From: an uncultured Bacillales bacterium
GTDB taxonomy: Bacteria; Bacillota_I; Bacilli_A; RF39; UBA660
Assembly: GCA_905206805.1 (NCBI GenBank)
Contig: CAJLIR010000001.1
Location: forward strand, 3,198 to 67,197
Direction of reading: 5' to 3'
DNA: 64,000 bases
A model generated the notes under the pieces. It did no database searches. It was not told the origin of the DNA and worked only from the letters and a program-made list of their open reading frames with translations. The position numbers were made by a program, and so were the translations under genes. Below are positions 30,292-41,566 of this stretch, piece after piece; within the stretch, counting starts at the first letter, position 1, and every line of letters starts with the position of its first letter.

Positions 30292-31890
30292 ATGACAAAG
30301 TATGTTTTTGTAACTGGCGGTGTAGTATCTGGACTAGGTAAGGGTATTACTGCGTCGTCATTAGCGCTTTTGCTAAAATCAAGAGGTTATAAAGTTTTTA
30401 TGCAAAAGTTTGATCCTTATATTAATATTGATCCAGGTACTATGAACCCTATACAACACGGAGAAGTTTACGTTACCTATGATGGATGTGAAACAGATTT
30501 AGATTTAGGACATTACGAAAGATTTATTGATGAAGAACTAAATTATACTTCAAATATTACAAGTGGTAAAATTTTTTCATCGGTTATTGAAAAAGAAAGA
30601 AAAGGTGAATATCTAGGAGCTACTGTTCAAATGGTTCCTCATGTTACTAACGAAATTAAAAACAAGGTATATGAAGCAGGTGTTAGTTCAAAAGCTGATA
30701 TTGTTATTACAGAAATAGGTGGAACTGTTGGTGATATTGAATCACAAACTTTTATTGAATCTTTAAGACAAATTCAGTATGAATTAGGACGTGAAAATAC
30801 ATTTTTTGTTCATACAACATTGATTCCTTATATTTATGGTTCTGGAGAATTAAAAACTAAGCCAACTCAAAATAGTGTAAGAGATTTAAGAAATATGGGA
30901 ATTACTCCTAACGCTATTGTATGTAGGACTCCTATTGAATTAAATGAAAATATAGTAAAAAAATTATCTCTTTTCTGTTCGGTACCAGAAGAAAACATTA
31001 TAAATGCTGTTGATGTTAAAAATATTTATCAGATTCCTATTAATTTTTACAACCAAAAAATTGATGAAATAATTTTAAAACAATTTAAGTTAGAAGTTAG
31101 AAAAGCAGATATTAAATATTGGTTTGATTTAGTAAACTGCGTTGATAATTTAAAAGATGAGGTAGAAATTGCTTTAGTAGGTAAATATGTAGAACTTCAT
31201 GACGCATATTTATCAGTTGCAGAATCGTTACGTCATGCAGGATATAAATATAATGTTAAAGTTAATATAAATTGGATAGATTCTGAATCTTTAGAAAAAA
31301 GTGATGTTAATTTAAGTGATGTGTTTAAAAATTCTAAAGGAATTATTGTACCAGGTGGTTTTGGAAGTCGCGGAATAGAGGGAAAAATAAATGCAATAAA
31401 ATATGCTAGAGAAAACAATGTTCCATTTTTAGGAATATGTCTTGGTATGCAACTAGCTGTAATTGAATTTGCGAGAAACGTATGTAATATTAAAGATGCT
31501 TCATCTACTGAATTTGATCAATTATGTAAAGAACCAATTATTGATTTAATGACTGATCAAAAATCAATTGTAAATATGGGTGGGACACTTCGTTTAGGAA
31601 ATTATGAGTGTAATATTAAAAAAAATACTTTGGCCTTTGATGACTATAAAACAAGTCATATATTAGAACGTCATCGACATAGATATGAATTTAATAATTC
31701 ATATAGAGAAATTTTAGAAAAAAATGGATTAGTTTTTTCAGGAATTAATAAAGTATCAAATCTGGTTGAAATAATTGAATATCCAAAACATAAACATTTT
31801 ATTGCTTGCCAATTTCATCCAGAGTTTAAAAGCAGACCAACTAAACCGCATCCTTTGTTTGATTCATTTATAAAGATGAGTATAAATTAA
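30292..31890 (+). CDS. pyrG: CTP synthase.
   Basis: MTKYVFVTGGVVSGLGKGI N-terminus. Glutamine amidotransferase domain with GICLGMQ and a His-Glu pair. The likely true start is at 30292, not the track ORF start at 30226. Confidence 0.95.
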   Translation: MTKYVFVTGGVVSGLGKGITASSLALLLKSRGYKVFMQKFDPYINIDPGTMNPIQHGEVYVTYDGCETDLDLGHYERFIDEELNYTSNITSGKIFSSVIEKERKGEYLGATVQMVPHVTNEIKNKVYEAGVSSKADIVITEIGGTVGDIESQTFIESLRQIQYELGRENTFFVHTTLIPYIYGSGELKTKPTQNSVRDLRNMGITPNAIVCRTPIELNENIVKKLSLFCSVPEENIINAVDVKNIYQIPINFYNQKIDEIILKQFKLEVRKADIKYWFDLVNCVDNLKDEVEIALVGKYVELHDAYLSVAESLRHAGYKYNVKVNINWIDSESLEKSDVNLSDVFKNSKGIIVPGGFGSRGIEGKINAIKYARENNVPFLGICLGMQLAVIEFARNVCNIKDASSTEFDQLCKEPIIDLMTDQKSIVNMGGTLRLGNYECNIKKNTLAFDDYKTSHILERHRHRYEFNNSYREILEKNGLVFSGINKVSNLVEIIEYPKHKHFIACQFHPEFKSRPTKPHPLFDSFIKMSIN

Positions 31891-31946
31891 AAATTTTCAC
31901 AAAATTTACATAAATAAATAATAAAATAACCTAAGGAAGTGAGAAA

Positions 31947-32603
31947 ATGAAATTATTAATTGTCGATGACGAAGTTTTAATACGTGATGTAATAAAAGAA
32001 TATTGTTTAAATGAAAATTATGATGTTTGTGAAGCAAGTAATGGATTAGATGCTTTAAAAATTATCAATAAAGAGAATATCGATTTAATTGTATTAGATA
32101 TTATGATGCCTAAATTAGATGGTTTTTCTTTGTGCAAACAAATTAAAGATAAAAATATTCCTATTATTATTTTGTCTGCAAGGACTGATGAATTTGATAA
32201 ATTAATGGGTTTTGATTTAGGAATAGAAGATTATGTAACGAAACCTTTTAGTCCAAAAGAGTTAATGGCTAGAATTAAAGTAATATTAAAAAGAAATAAT
32301 TCAGTTAAAGATCAATTTGTCTATAAAGATTTAGTTGTTGATTTTAAAGCACATACTATTAGCATAAATCACGAATATTTGAAATTTACTCCTAAAGAAT
32401 ATGATTTATTAGTTTATTTTATAAATAACGAAAATATTGCTTTATCAAGAGAGACTCTCCTTGACAAGATTTGGGGATATAGTTTTTTTGGCGATGATAG
32501 AACAGTCGATACACATGTAAAAATGTTGAGGAACACTTTAGGAGAATATAGGGACTTAATTGTTACTGTAAGAGGAATGGGATATAAATTTGAAACGAAA
32601 TAA
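31947..32603 (+). CDS. OmpR-family response regulator.
   Basis: Receiver domain (LIVDDE...DIMMPKLDG...K) plus a winged-helix C-terminus. Confidence 0.9.
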   Translation: MKLLIVDDEVLIRDVIKEYCLNENYDVCEASNGLDALKIINKENIDLIVLDIMMPKLDGFSLCKQIKDKNIPIIILSARTDEFDKLMGFDLGIEDYVTKPFSPKELMARIKVILKRNNSVKDQFVYKDLVVDFKAHTISINHEYLKFTPKEYDLLVYFINNENIALSRETLLDKIWGYSFFGDDRTVDTHVKMLRNTLGEYRDLIVTVRGMGYKFETK

Positions 32604-33993
32604 AACACTTAATTCAAAAATTTGGTTTTACCTTATTATTTTTTCAGTAATTATTTTGTTATCCTTATGGTTTTTTCAAGTAGTATTTTTAAAAACATAC
32701 TATCGTATAATGAAAAATCGTGAAATAGATAATATCATAACTTCTATAGGTGAATATTATGGTGAAAATTATGATTCTGATAAATTTAATGATTTGATAG
32801 ACCGTTTATCATTTTCCAATAATGTATGTATTGAAATAATTGATAATGCATCACTTTTATATTCTTCTAATAGTAAAATTAGAGGATGTTTAGTAGATAA
32901 AGATGTAAATGATTTTAAATATATTGATAAAAAATTAAATTTCATAAAGAGTAATAATAACACATTTAGGTATGAAACAAAAAATCCGAGATTTAATAAC
33001 GAAACTTTAATTTATGGTAAGAAAATAAATAACGATTTCATTGTATTTATTACTGCATCACTAGATCCAGTTGATTCTACTGTAAACATTTTAGCAAGTC
33101 AGCTTGTATATGTTACAATAGGAGTTTTAATGTTATCGTTCATAGTTGCGTATTTTATTTCAAAAAAAATATCAAAACCAATTATTCAAATCAATGAAAG
33201 TGCCAAAGAAATGCGTAAAGGAAATTACGAAATTGTTTTTAAAACTGATACTAATATAAAAGAAATAAATGAATTGTCTAAAACCCTTAATGAAACAACT
33301 AGCGAACTTTCTAAAACAGAAAATTTACGTCGTGAACTTCTTGCTAATGTAAGCCACGATTTAAAAACACCACTTACAATGATTAAGGCCTATGCCGAAA
33401 TGGCTAGGGATTTAAATAATAAAAATGTAACAAAAAGAACTGATAACTTAAATACAATAATAGAAGAAACTGATAGATTAAATTTATTAGTTAATGATAT
33501 TTTAGAGTTATCAAAAGTTCAAGCAAATGTAGAAAAATTAAATATTGAGCAGTTTAACTTAATTGATTTAATAAGCTCAATAATAAAAAGATATGATTAT
33601 TTAAAAACAACTGAAAATTATGAATTAATTTTTAACTATGATACTAATAATATTGTAAGAGCTGATAAAAAAAGATTAGAGCAAGTAATTTATAATTTAA
33701 TTAATAACGCAATTAATTATACAGGTGCTGACAAAAAAGTATATATAAACGTAAAAAATCAAAATGGCGGTGTTCTTGTAGAGATTAGGGATAATGGTTC
33801 AGGTATTAGTGACGAAGATTTAAAATTTATCTGGGATAAATATTATAAAGTAGATAAAAGTTATACAAGAGAAGTTCATGGAACAGGAATTGGCCTATCA
33901 ATTGTAAAAAACATATTAATAAATCATAATTTTGAATATGGTGTTGATACAAAAAAGGGAAGTGGCACAACATTTTGGTTTATCATAAAATAA
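32590..33993 (+). CDS. Sensor histidine kinase.
   Basis: Two TM segments flank an extracellular domain. H-box SHDLKTPLT, N-box NLINNAINYT, G-box GTGIGLSIV. It overlaps the response-regulator gene, indicating an operon. Confidence 0.9.
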   Translation: MKRNKTLNSKIWFYLIIFSVIILLSLWFFQVVFLKTYYRIMKNREIDNIITSIGEYYGENYDSDKFNDLIDRLSFSNNVCIEIIDNASLLYSSNSKIRGCLVDKDVNDFKYIDKKLNFIKSNNNTFRYETKNPRFNNETLIYGKKINNDFIVFITASLDPVDSTVNILASQLVYVTIGVLMLSFIVAYFISKKISKPIIQINESAKEMRKGNYEIVFKTDTNIKEINELSKTLNETTSELSKTENLRRELLANVSHDLKTPLTMIKAYAEMARDLNNKNVTKRTDNLNTIIEETDRLNLLVNDILELSKVQANVEKLNIEQFNLIDLISSIIKRYDYLKTTENYELIFNYDTNNIVRADKKRLEQVIYNLINNAINYTGADKKVYINVKNQNGGVLVEIRDNGSGISDEDLKFIWDKYYKVDKSYTREVHGTGIGLSIVKNILINHNFEYGVDTKKGSGTTFWFIIK

Positions 33994-34040
33994 AAAATAT
34001 GATATACTTATAATGTAATTATTAATAAAGGAGTAAGAGT

Positions 34041-34985
34041 ATGATTTATTTATTATATGGAACTAATTATTTTTTAATAAAAAGAGAAATAGAAAAAATA
34101 AAATTAGAAAATAATATAGAAAGTATTGATGTCAACAATTATAATTTAGAAAATACAATTTTAGATAATATTTTAGATGATGCGCTTACTTTATCTTTAT
34201 TTAGTCAAAAAAAGATGATTATAGTAGATAATTCATATATATTTACTCCATCTGTAAGAAAAAAGGGATTAGATCATAATATAGATTTATTAAATAAATA
34301 TATAGAAAATCCAAATCCAGATACAATTTTAATTTTTGTAATCAATGAAGAAAAAATTGATGATAGAAAAAAAATAGTTAAATTAATCAAAATAAATGGA
34401 AATGTAATAGAATTTAATGAAGTTAAAAATATTGATGCTTTTATAAAAAATGAGTTAAATGATTATAAAATGGACGCTATTACAATTAACTCATTTGTAA
34501 ATAGAGTAGGAGATAATTTAGCAATTATTACATCAGAAATAGAAAAATTAAAATTATATAAAAATGATGATAAAATTATAACAAAAGATGATGTGTTTAA
34601 TGTTTGTTCTGAACAAATTGATGTTGATATGAATGAATTAACAAATTCGATCGTTTCTAAAAATATAAGTAAATCATTAAAAATATATAATGAATTAATT
34701 AAACAAGGAGAAGAACCATTACAAATAATTATAAGACTTGCTAATCAATTTAGAATTATATATCAATCGAAAGAATTAACAAAAAAAGGCTATTCAAACA
34801 AAGATATTGCCGATATCCTTGGAATACACCCTTATAGAGTAAAAAAAGCTCTTGAAATTTCTTACAAATTTCCAAGTAAAGAATTACTGTCAATACTAAA
34901 AAAATTATCAAGAATTGATGAAGAAATTAAAATGGGTAATATGGATAAAAATATAGCCTTAGAGCAATTTATATTAGAAATATAA
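34041..34985 (+). CDS. holA: DNA polymerase III delta subunit.
   Basis: 314 aa with the typical N-terminus MIYLLYGTNYFLI. HolA-like length and pattern. Confidence 0.75.
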   Translation: MIYLLYGTNYFLIKREIEKIKLENNIESIDVNNYNLENTILDNILDDALTLSLFSQKKMIIVDNSYIFTPSVRKKGLDHNIDLLNKYIENPNPDTILIFVINEEKIDDRKKIVKLIKINGNVIEFNEVKNIDAFIKNELNDYKMDAITINSFVNRVGDNLAIITSEIEKLKLYKNDDKIITKDDVFNVCSEQIDVDMNELTNSIVSKNISKSLKIYNELIKQGEEPLQIIIRLANQFRIIYQSKELTKKGYSNKDIADILGIHPYRVKKALEISYKFPSKELLSILKKLSRIDEEIKMGNMDKNIALEQFILEI

Positions 34986-35001
34986 AATAACAGTTAAACT
35001 G

Positions 35002-35958
35002 TTATTTTACTATATAATTTAATAATTTTTTAGGATCATCATTATTTAAAATAATATCATATATTAAGTCAATTATTTCTGACTTAATATTTTTTTCTTC
35101 AAAAACTTTTTTGATAGAAATTATTGCGTCTAATCCTTCAACAGTGGTATTTTTTAAATAGTCTTCTATTTTATCCTTATCTGATTTTGATCCTATTAAA
35201 TAACCAAGTGAAAAATTTCTACTTTTTTTGCTACTACAAGTTAAAATTATATCACCAATGCCACAAGATAATAAAATTGTTTCTTTTAGCCCATTAAACT
35301 TGCAAATTATATTCATAGTTTCATTTATAATTTTTGTTAAATAAGAAGACTTTGTCGATTCTGATGTATTCATACCATCTAATATACCACACGATATTGC
35401 AAAAATGTTTTTTAAAGTTCCACAAAGTTCTACACCAATAATATCACTTGTGGTTTCTATCTTTATAAACGATGGAAAAAACTTTTTTAAATCTTTAATA
35501 TTATTTCCTGCTAAAGAAAGAATAATATTTTCTTTTTTTATAGTATCAATCGCAAAACTTGGCCCTGCTAAAACAGATATATTGTCCGTTTTTAAAATAT
35601 CGTGAACAATATCGTATGCGAATTTACATTCTTTATTGTTTATTCCTTTAGAAGCTATACAAATATTTATATCTTTATTTATCTTATTATTAAGAAGATT
35701 AACTGTATCGCTTAAATAATTTGTAGGAATTGCGATTACTATAAAACTTGTGTCATTTAAAGCTTCATCTATATTATTTGTAAATTTAATTTTTCTTGAT
35801 ATTTCAATATTTGGAAATAATTTTTCATTTCTATATGTTTCGTTTAAAGAATCTATTTCACTTTTAATTACTGAATAAACAGTTACGTCGTTTTTTTCAT
35901 TTAAAATAGTTGCAAGTGCAACACCATATGCACCAGCACCTAAAACAGTTATTTTCAT
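35002..35958 (-). CDS. gpsA: NAD(P)H-dependent glycerol-3-phosphate dehydrogenase.
   Basis: N-terminal Rossmann motif MKITVLGAGAYGVALA. Length 318 aa. Confidence 0.9.
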   Translation of the reverse strand: MKITVLGAGAYGVALATILNEKNDVTVYSVIKSEIDSLNETYRNEKLFPNIEISRKIKFTNNIDEALNDTSFIVIAIPTNYLSDTVNLLNNKINKDINICIASKGINNKECKFAYDIVHDILKTDNISVLAGPSFAIDTIKKENIILSLAGNNIKDLKKFFPSFIKIETTSDIIGVELCGTLKNIFAISCGILDGMNTSESTKSSYLTKIINETMNIICKFNGLKETILLSCGIGDIILTCSSKKSRNFSLGYLIGSKSDKDKIEDYLKNTTVEGLDAIISIKKVFEEKNIKSEIIDLIYDIILNNDDPKKLLNYIVK

Positions 35959-37163
35959 TTGCTTAATTCCTCCAATTTTGTCATTATTTCTTTTAATTTT
36001 TTCTCATTAGCATTATTATTGGGAAAATAATATTTTTTCCCCTTTAAATTATCTGGTAAATATTGTTGTTTAACAAAATGATTAGGGTAGTTATGAGGGT
36101 ATAAATAGTCACTAGAATTTGTTTTTATATGATTAGGTACATTACCAGTATTACCAAGTCTTATATCATTTAAAGCAGAATCTACAGCTAAATAAGCACT
36201 ATTAGATTTTGGAGATAGGGCAAGTTCGATTACAATATTTGCTAGAATAATTTGAGCTTCAGGTAATCCAAGTCTTTCACAAGCATTAATTGCAGCATCA
36301 ACCTTAACACCCATCATAGGATTAGCAAGTCCTATATCTTCGTAAGCAATAACAGTCATTCTCCTATAAATTATATCTAAATCTTCTGCTTCTATTAATC
36401 GTGCTAAATAGTGTAAACTTGCATTTACATCACTACCACGAATAGATTTTTGAAATGCACTAATCGCATCATAATAGCCATCCTCATTTTGATCGTGAAA
36501 GAAGACTGGTTTACTATTTATATTTTTTATAACATCAACTGTTATATTAAAATCACTTGTAGAATAATAAGCAACTTCTAAAAGATTATAAGCACTTCTT
36601 AAATCTCCGCTAGAAAGCCTACTTATTAAATTAATACTATCTTCATCAATTTTTAAATTTTCTAAAACATTTTTTTCTACAACTTTATGTATGGCCTTAT
36701 TTATATCATCAGCTGTTAACTCTTTTAATTCAAATATTTGACATCTGCTTCTTATAGCAGGATTAATTTTGTGATATGGATTAGAAGTAGTCATACCTAT
36801 TAATGTAATTAAACCACTTTCTAAATATGGTAAGAGTAAATCTTGTTTATCTTTATTTAATCTATGTATTTCATCCATTACTACAACCATATTTCCATAC
36901 ATTTTTGCTTCTTCAATAATAACATCAAAATCTTTTTTATTATTAATAGTAGCATTAAGTAGTCTATATCTTAAATTTAAACTTCCTATTAAAGCTAAAG
37001 CAACAGTTGTTTTTCCGATACCAGGTTTACCATATAATATCATTGAAAAAAGTTTTTGATTTTTAACTAAATTTCTTAATATTTTATTTTCCCCTAATAA
37101 ATGTTTTTGACCAATTACTTCATCTATATTGCTAGGTCGCATTTTTATTGCTAAAGGTTCCAT
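35955..37163 (-). CDS. rarA: Replication-associated recombination protein A (MgsA/RarA AAA+ ATPase).
   Basis: Walker A GKPGIGKTT and Walker B VVVMDEIHR. Length 402 aa. Confidence 0.9.
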   Translation of the reverse strand: MEPLAIKMRPSNIDEVIGQKHLLGENKILRNLVKNQKLFSMILYGKPGIGKTTVALALIGSLNLRYRLLNATINNKKDFDVIIEEAKMYGNMVVVMDEIHRLNKDKQDLLLPYLESGLITLIGMTTSNPYHKINPAIRSRCQIFELKELTADDINKAIHKVVEKNVLENLKIDEDSINLISRLSSGDLRSAYNLLEVAYYSTSDFNITVDVIKNINSKPVFFHDQNEDGYYDAISAFQKSIRGSDVNASLHYLARLIEAEDLDIIYRRMTVIAYEDIGLANPMMGVKVDAAINACERLGLPEAQIILANIVIELALSPKSNSAYLAVDSALNDIRLGNTGNVPNHIKTNSSDYLYPHNYPNHFVKQQYLPDNLKGKKYYFPNNNANEKKLKEIMTKLEELSK

Positions 37164-37230
37164 ACAATCACCTATATAATTTTATCAAAAAAAATGACAT
37201 TTGAAAATATTTATGTTTTAAATATATAAA

Positions 37231-37270
37231 TATCAATATTAATTTCTAAATATCAATATTGATTTCTAAA
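37231..37270. repeat. Tandem 20-bp direct repeat with a palindromic core, in the rarA/xerD divergent promoter region.
   Basis: TATCAATATTAATTTCTAAA is followed directly by TATCAATATTGATTTCTAAA. The core TCAATATTGA is palindromic. It sits directly upstream of a consensus TTGACA-17-TATAAT promoter. Confidence 0.6.
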
Positions 37271-37321
37271 TTTATTTTGACATTTTATTACTTTCAGTTT
37301 ATAATTATAATAGTGATGTAT

Positions 37322-38209
37322 ATGAATAAGCTAGATGTTTTTATAAATGAATTTATTAATTATTTACTAATTGATAAAAAATATAGCAATGATACAATTG
37401 TTTCTTATAAAAATGATTTAGATAAATTCTATATGTTTTTTAAAAATAAAAAAATAGATAATATAAAAAGAGAAGAAATTAGAGAATATTTAAAATTTTT
37501 GGAAAATGAGAACTTAAGTAGTAAAAGTATCGCACATAATATTTCTGTTTTAAGATCGTTTTATAAGTTTCTAATAATTAATAAGTTTGTTTCTAGTAAT
37601 CCAATTGCTTTTATTGACTTACCAAAGATAAAAAAAACACTACCAAATGTTTTATCTGTTGAAGAAGTTGATATGTTATTGGATATTAAAGTAATTGATA
37701 AATATACTGCTAGAAACAAGGCTATGTTAGAGCTTATGTATTCAAGTGGTCTTAGAATTAGTGAATTAATTAACTTACATATTTCTAATGTATCACTTTC
37801 TGAAGCATTAGTACGTATTTTTGGTAAAGGTTCTAAAGAAAGAATTGTGCCAATTGGCGATTGTGCATTAAATGCCTTAAATAAGTATATATTTAATTAT
37901 AGACAGGAATTATTAAAACAAAATTCGGATTATTTGTTTTTATCTGTTAGAGGTACTAAAATGTCTAGACAAGCTTTTTTCAAAATTATAAAGAAAATTG
38001 CTAGTGAAAAAAATATTAAAACTGATATTTCACCTCATACATTAAGACACTCTTTTGCTACACATATGTTAAACTATGGAGCAGATTTAAGAATTATTCA
38101 AGAATTACTTGGACATTCAGACATTTCAACTACTCAAATATATACACATATTTCTAAAAATAAAATAAGTGATGATTACTTAAATAGTCATCCACATTCT
38201 AAAGAATAG
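37322..38209 (+). CDS. xerD: Tyrosine site-specific recombinase, XerD-like.
   Basis: C-terminal catalytic region HTLRHSFATHMLNYGADLRIIQELLGHSDISTTQIYTH matching the R-H-R-Y XerD pattern. Likely start at MNKLD (37322), not the track ORF start at 37259. Confidence 0.75.
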   Translation: MNKLDVFINEFINYLLIDKKYSNDTIVSYKNDLDKFYMFFKNKKIDNIKREEIREYLKFLENENLSSKSIAHNISVLRSFYKFLIINKFVSSNPIAFIDLPKIKKTLPNVLSVEEVDMLLDIKVIDKYTARNKAMLELMYSSGLRISELINLHISNVSLSEALVRIFGKGSKERIVPIGDCALNALNKYIFNYRQELLKQNSDYLFLSVRGTKMSRQAFFKIIKKIASEKNIKTDISPHTLRHSFATHMLNYGADLRIIQELLGHSDISTTQIYTHISKNKISDDYLNSHPHSKE

Positions 38210-38224
38210 AAAGAGGAGTTAATT

Positions 38225-39388
38225 ATGAAATATAAAAGAGTTTTCCTAATTGTTTTGGATTCTGTTGGAGTTGGTTCCGCTAAAGATTCGGATAAATTTG
38301 GTGATGGTCCAACTAATACATTAGGTCATGTTATTGAAAAAACTCAAGTAAAATTACCTAACTTAGAAAAAATGGGATTACTTAATATTTTGGATTTAAG
38401 TGAGCAAAAAACACTTGGATATTATACAAAAGCAATACCTATTAGTAATGGTAAAGATACATTAACTGGACATTTAGAAATTATGGGAGTAAAAACAAGT
38501 TCTGCCCCTAAAACATTTACTGAAAAAGGTTTTCCTAAGGAACTAATTGAAGCAATTGAGTATGAAACTGATAGACACGTTATTGGTAATTGTGCAGCTT
38601 CTGGAACTGAAATAATAGAAAAACTAGGTGTTGAACATATGAAAACTGGTTCATTAATTGTTTACACATCAGCAGACTCTGTTTTACAAATTGCGGCTCA
38701 CGAATCAATAATTCCTGTTAAAGAATTATATCGTATATGCGAAATTGTTCGTAAATTAACTTTGAAAGATGAATGGAAAGTAGGTCGTGTTATCGCTCGT
38801 CCATTTAAAGGTAAACCTGGATCTTTTGAACGCACTAGCAATAGACACGATTACGCTCTAGACCCATCAGAAAAAACAGTTCTTGATAGTTTAAAAGAAA
38901 AAAATTATGATGTTTTATCAATTGGTAAAATATGTGACATTTTTAATGGAAAAGGTATAACTGCGTCAACTAGAACTGTAGATAATTTTGACGGTATAAA
39001 AAAACTTGTTAAATTAATGAAATTAAACTTTACTGGACTTAGTTTTACTAATTTAAACGACTTTGATAGTAAATATGGTCATAGAAGAGATCCTATCGGT
39101 TATGCTGATGCTTTAGCACTTTTTGATAAATATTTACCAAACATAGTTAATTCTCTAAAACAAGATGATTTATTAATAATTACTGCCGATCACGGTAACG
39201 ACCCTACATATATAGGAACTGATCACACAAGAGAAAATGTTCCAGTGCTAATTTTTTCTAGAAATTTTAAAGAAAGAGGAGAATTACCATATTTGCAAAC
39301 ATTTGCTGATATAGGTGCTACTATAGCTGATAATTTTAATGTTGAAATGCCAAAAATAGGAAAAAGTTTTTTAGATAAATTAAAATAA
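38225..39388 (+). CDS. deoB: Phosphopentomutase.
   Basis: N-terminus MKYKRVFLIVLDSVGVG and the metal-binding ITADHGND motif. Length 387 aa. Confidence 0.9.
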   Translation: MKYKRVFLIVLDSVGVGSAKDSDKFGDGPTNTLGHVIEKTQVKLPNLEKMGLLNILDLSEQKTLGYYTKAIPISNGKDTLTGHLEIMGVKTSSAPKTFTEKGFPKELIEAIEYETDRHVIGNCAASGTEIIEKLGVEHMKTGSLIVYTSADSVLQIAAHESIIPVKELYRICEIVRKLTLKDEWKVGRVIARPFKGKPGSFERTSNRHDYALDPSEKTVLDSLKEKNYDVLSIGKICDIFNGKGITASTRTVDNFDGIKKLVKLMKLNFTGLSFTNLNDFDSKYGHRRDPIGYADALALFDKYLPNIVNSLKQDDLLIITADHGNDPTYIGTDHTRENVPVLIFSRNFKERGELPYLQTFADIGATIADNFNVEMPKIGKSFLDKLK

Positions 39389-39453
39389 AAATTAGTTTTA
39401 TGACTAATTTTTTTGATATATTTGATATAATTGATGTATAAGGAAGTGAATAA

Positions 39454-41556
39454 ATGATATTAATAATTGCTGAAAAACCATCACTTGCTAGAAATATTGT
39501 TGCAGGAATTGGTACAATGAAAAAACTAGATGGATATTTTGAAAATGAAGAATATATTGTAACTTGGGCATTTGGTCATTTATTTACATTATATGATATT
39601 GAAGATTATAGTGAAAAAAAGTGTGAAAATCCTAAATGGAATTTAGATAATATTCCTTGTTATCCTGAAACTTTTAAGTTTTCACTAAAAAAAGACAAAT
39701 CAAAACAAATTGATAAAGGTATTTTAAAACAGTTTAATATTATTAAAAGTTTATGTAATAGAGAAGATGTTGTTCAAATTGTAAATGCTGGCGACTCGGA
39801 CCGAGAAGGGGAAATTATTGTACGACTTTGTATTGAAAATGCTCTAAATAGTGAAAAAAAATTAACTCGTTTATGGTTACCAGACCAAACACCAGAAACA
39901 GTTAAACAAGGATTACTAGAAATGAAAGATGAAATAGAATATAATAATCTTGCCAATGAAGGTTTTGCTAGAACTTATATTGATTGGTTATATGGTGTTA
40001 ATTTAACCCGTTTTGCAACACTTAAAACAGGAACTTTATTAAGAGTAGGTAGAGTAATTGTCCCTATTGTAAAAGCCATTTATGATAGAGATAAAGCAAT
40101 AAAGAATTTTGTTCCTGATATATATTATGGAATTTCTTCAGAAGAAAAAACAAAAGATGAAGTTGTTGAATTAAATTCTAAAGAAAAATTTGATAAAAAT
40201 GACATAAAAAAAGCTATTAATTTATGTGAAAAATATAATAACGAAAAAGCTATTGTTACAAATAAAAGTGTAAAAAAAGATACATTACAACCTGGAAAAC
40301 TATATTCACTTACTAAGTTGCAAAATTACTTAGGAAAAAAATATAAAATGCCAATGGATAAATCACTTTCTATTGTACAGAAACTTTATGAGGAAGGATA
40401 TCTAACTTACCCAAGAACCAATTCTGAGTATTTAGCAACAAATGAAAAAGATAAAATAAAAAAAATAATAGAAAATATATCAAAACTTAACTATCCAATT
40501 AAATTTAAAGATAAAAAAACAATATTTGATGATTCAAAAATAGAATCACACTCTGCTTTAACACCTACATATAAATTACCGAACTTAAATAATTTAACAG
40601 ATGATGAAAAAATTGTATATAAATCAGTTTTAAATAGATTTGTAGCTGTTTTTTGTAGTGAAGAATGTAAGATAGAAAAAACAGAAATAAAAATTAAAGT
40701 AGGGGATTTAGAAGAATTTGTTTTAAAAGGAAATGTTATAATTGAAGCTGGATGGACAAAATATGATGAATATTCTAAAAATGATAAAATATTACCAAAC
40801 TTAAATATTAATGATGAAGTCAATATTAAGTTTGAACCTAAAGAAAAGAAAAAAACACCACCAAAACACTATACAATAGAAACTCTAAATAATTATTTAA
40901 AAAATCCATTTAAAGAAGATAAGGCTAAATTGGATGAAGAAAATGATGATGATACAGAAGATTATAAAGCAATTTTTGAAGGACTAGAACTTGGTACAGA
41001 AGCTACAAGAACTGGAATTATTGAAAATGCGATTAATAGTAAGTATATTGAATTAAAAAAAGATGTTTATTATATATTACCAGGTGGAGAATATTTAATT
41101 GATTCATTGATGCAAATGAATATAAATATGGATAAATATAAAACCAGTACATTAGGTCAAGGACTTAAAAAAGTTTATAGAGGAGAGATAACTATAAATG
41201 ATGTAGTTGATCTAACGAAAAAAGAAATAAATGAAGTATTTGATAAACGTAATAATTGCGGTTTAAACACAGATACAGGATTCTTTAATGATGTTATAGG
41301 TATTTGCCCTATATGTGGGAAAAATGTCGTTAAAACACGATTTAATTACGGATGTACAGGATATAGGGAAGGATGCAACTTTAAAATTAATTTTGTCATA
41401 TGTAAAAGAATAATTTCTAAGAATATGGCTATTGACTTATTAAAAAATAAAAAAACCTTTAAAATAAATGGCTTTATTTCAAAAGATGGCAAACCTTTTT
41501 CTGGAGTTCTAGTTTTGGATAATGAAGGTAAAATTAATTTTGATTTTAGCAATTAA
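39454..41556 (+). CDS. topB: DNA topoisomerase III (type IA) with a C-terminal zinc ribbon.
   Basis: TOPRIM N-terminus MILIIAEKPSLARNI and the active-site tyrosine region EGYLTYPRTNS. C-terminal CPICG...C..C motif. Confidence 0.9.
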   Translation: MILIIAEKPSLARNIVAGIGTMKKLDGYFENEEYIVTWAFGHLFTLYDIEDYSEKKCENPKWNLDNIPCYPETFKFSLKKDKSKQIDKGILKQFNIIKSLCNREDVVQIVNAGDSDREGEIIVRLCIENALNSEKKLTRLWLPDQTPETVKQGLLEMKDEIEYNNLANEGFARTYIDWLYGVNLTRFATLKTGTLLRVGRVIVPIVKAIYDRDKAIKNFVPDIYYGISSEEKTKDEVVELNSKEKFDKNDIKKAINLCEKYNNEKAIVTNKSVKKDTLQPGKLYSLTKLQNYLGKKYKMPMDKSLSIVQKLYEEGYLTYPRTNSEYLATNEKDKIKKIIENISKLNYPIKFKDKKTIFDDSKIESHSALTPTYKLPNLNNLTDDEKIVYKSVLNRFVAVFCSEECKIEKTEIKIKVGDLEEFVLKGNVIIEAGWTKYDEYSKNDKILPNLNINDEVNIKFEPKEKKKTPPKHYTIETLNNYLKNPFKEDKAKLDEENDDDTEDYKAIFEGLELGTEATRTGIIENAINSKYIELKKDVYYILPGGEYLIDSLMQMNINMDKYKTSTLGQGLKKVYRGEITINDVVDLTKKEINEVFDKRNNCGLNTDTGFFNDVIGICPICGKNVVKTRFNYGCTGYREGCNFKINFVICKRIISKNMAIDLLKNKKTFKINGFISKDGKPFSGVLVLDNEGKINFDFSN

Positions 41557-41566
41557 GGAGGTATTT

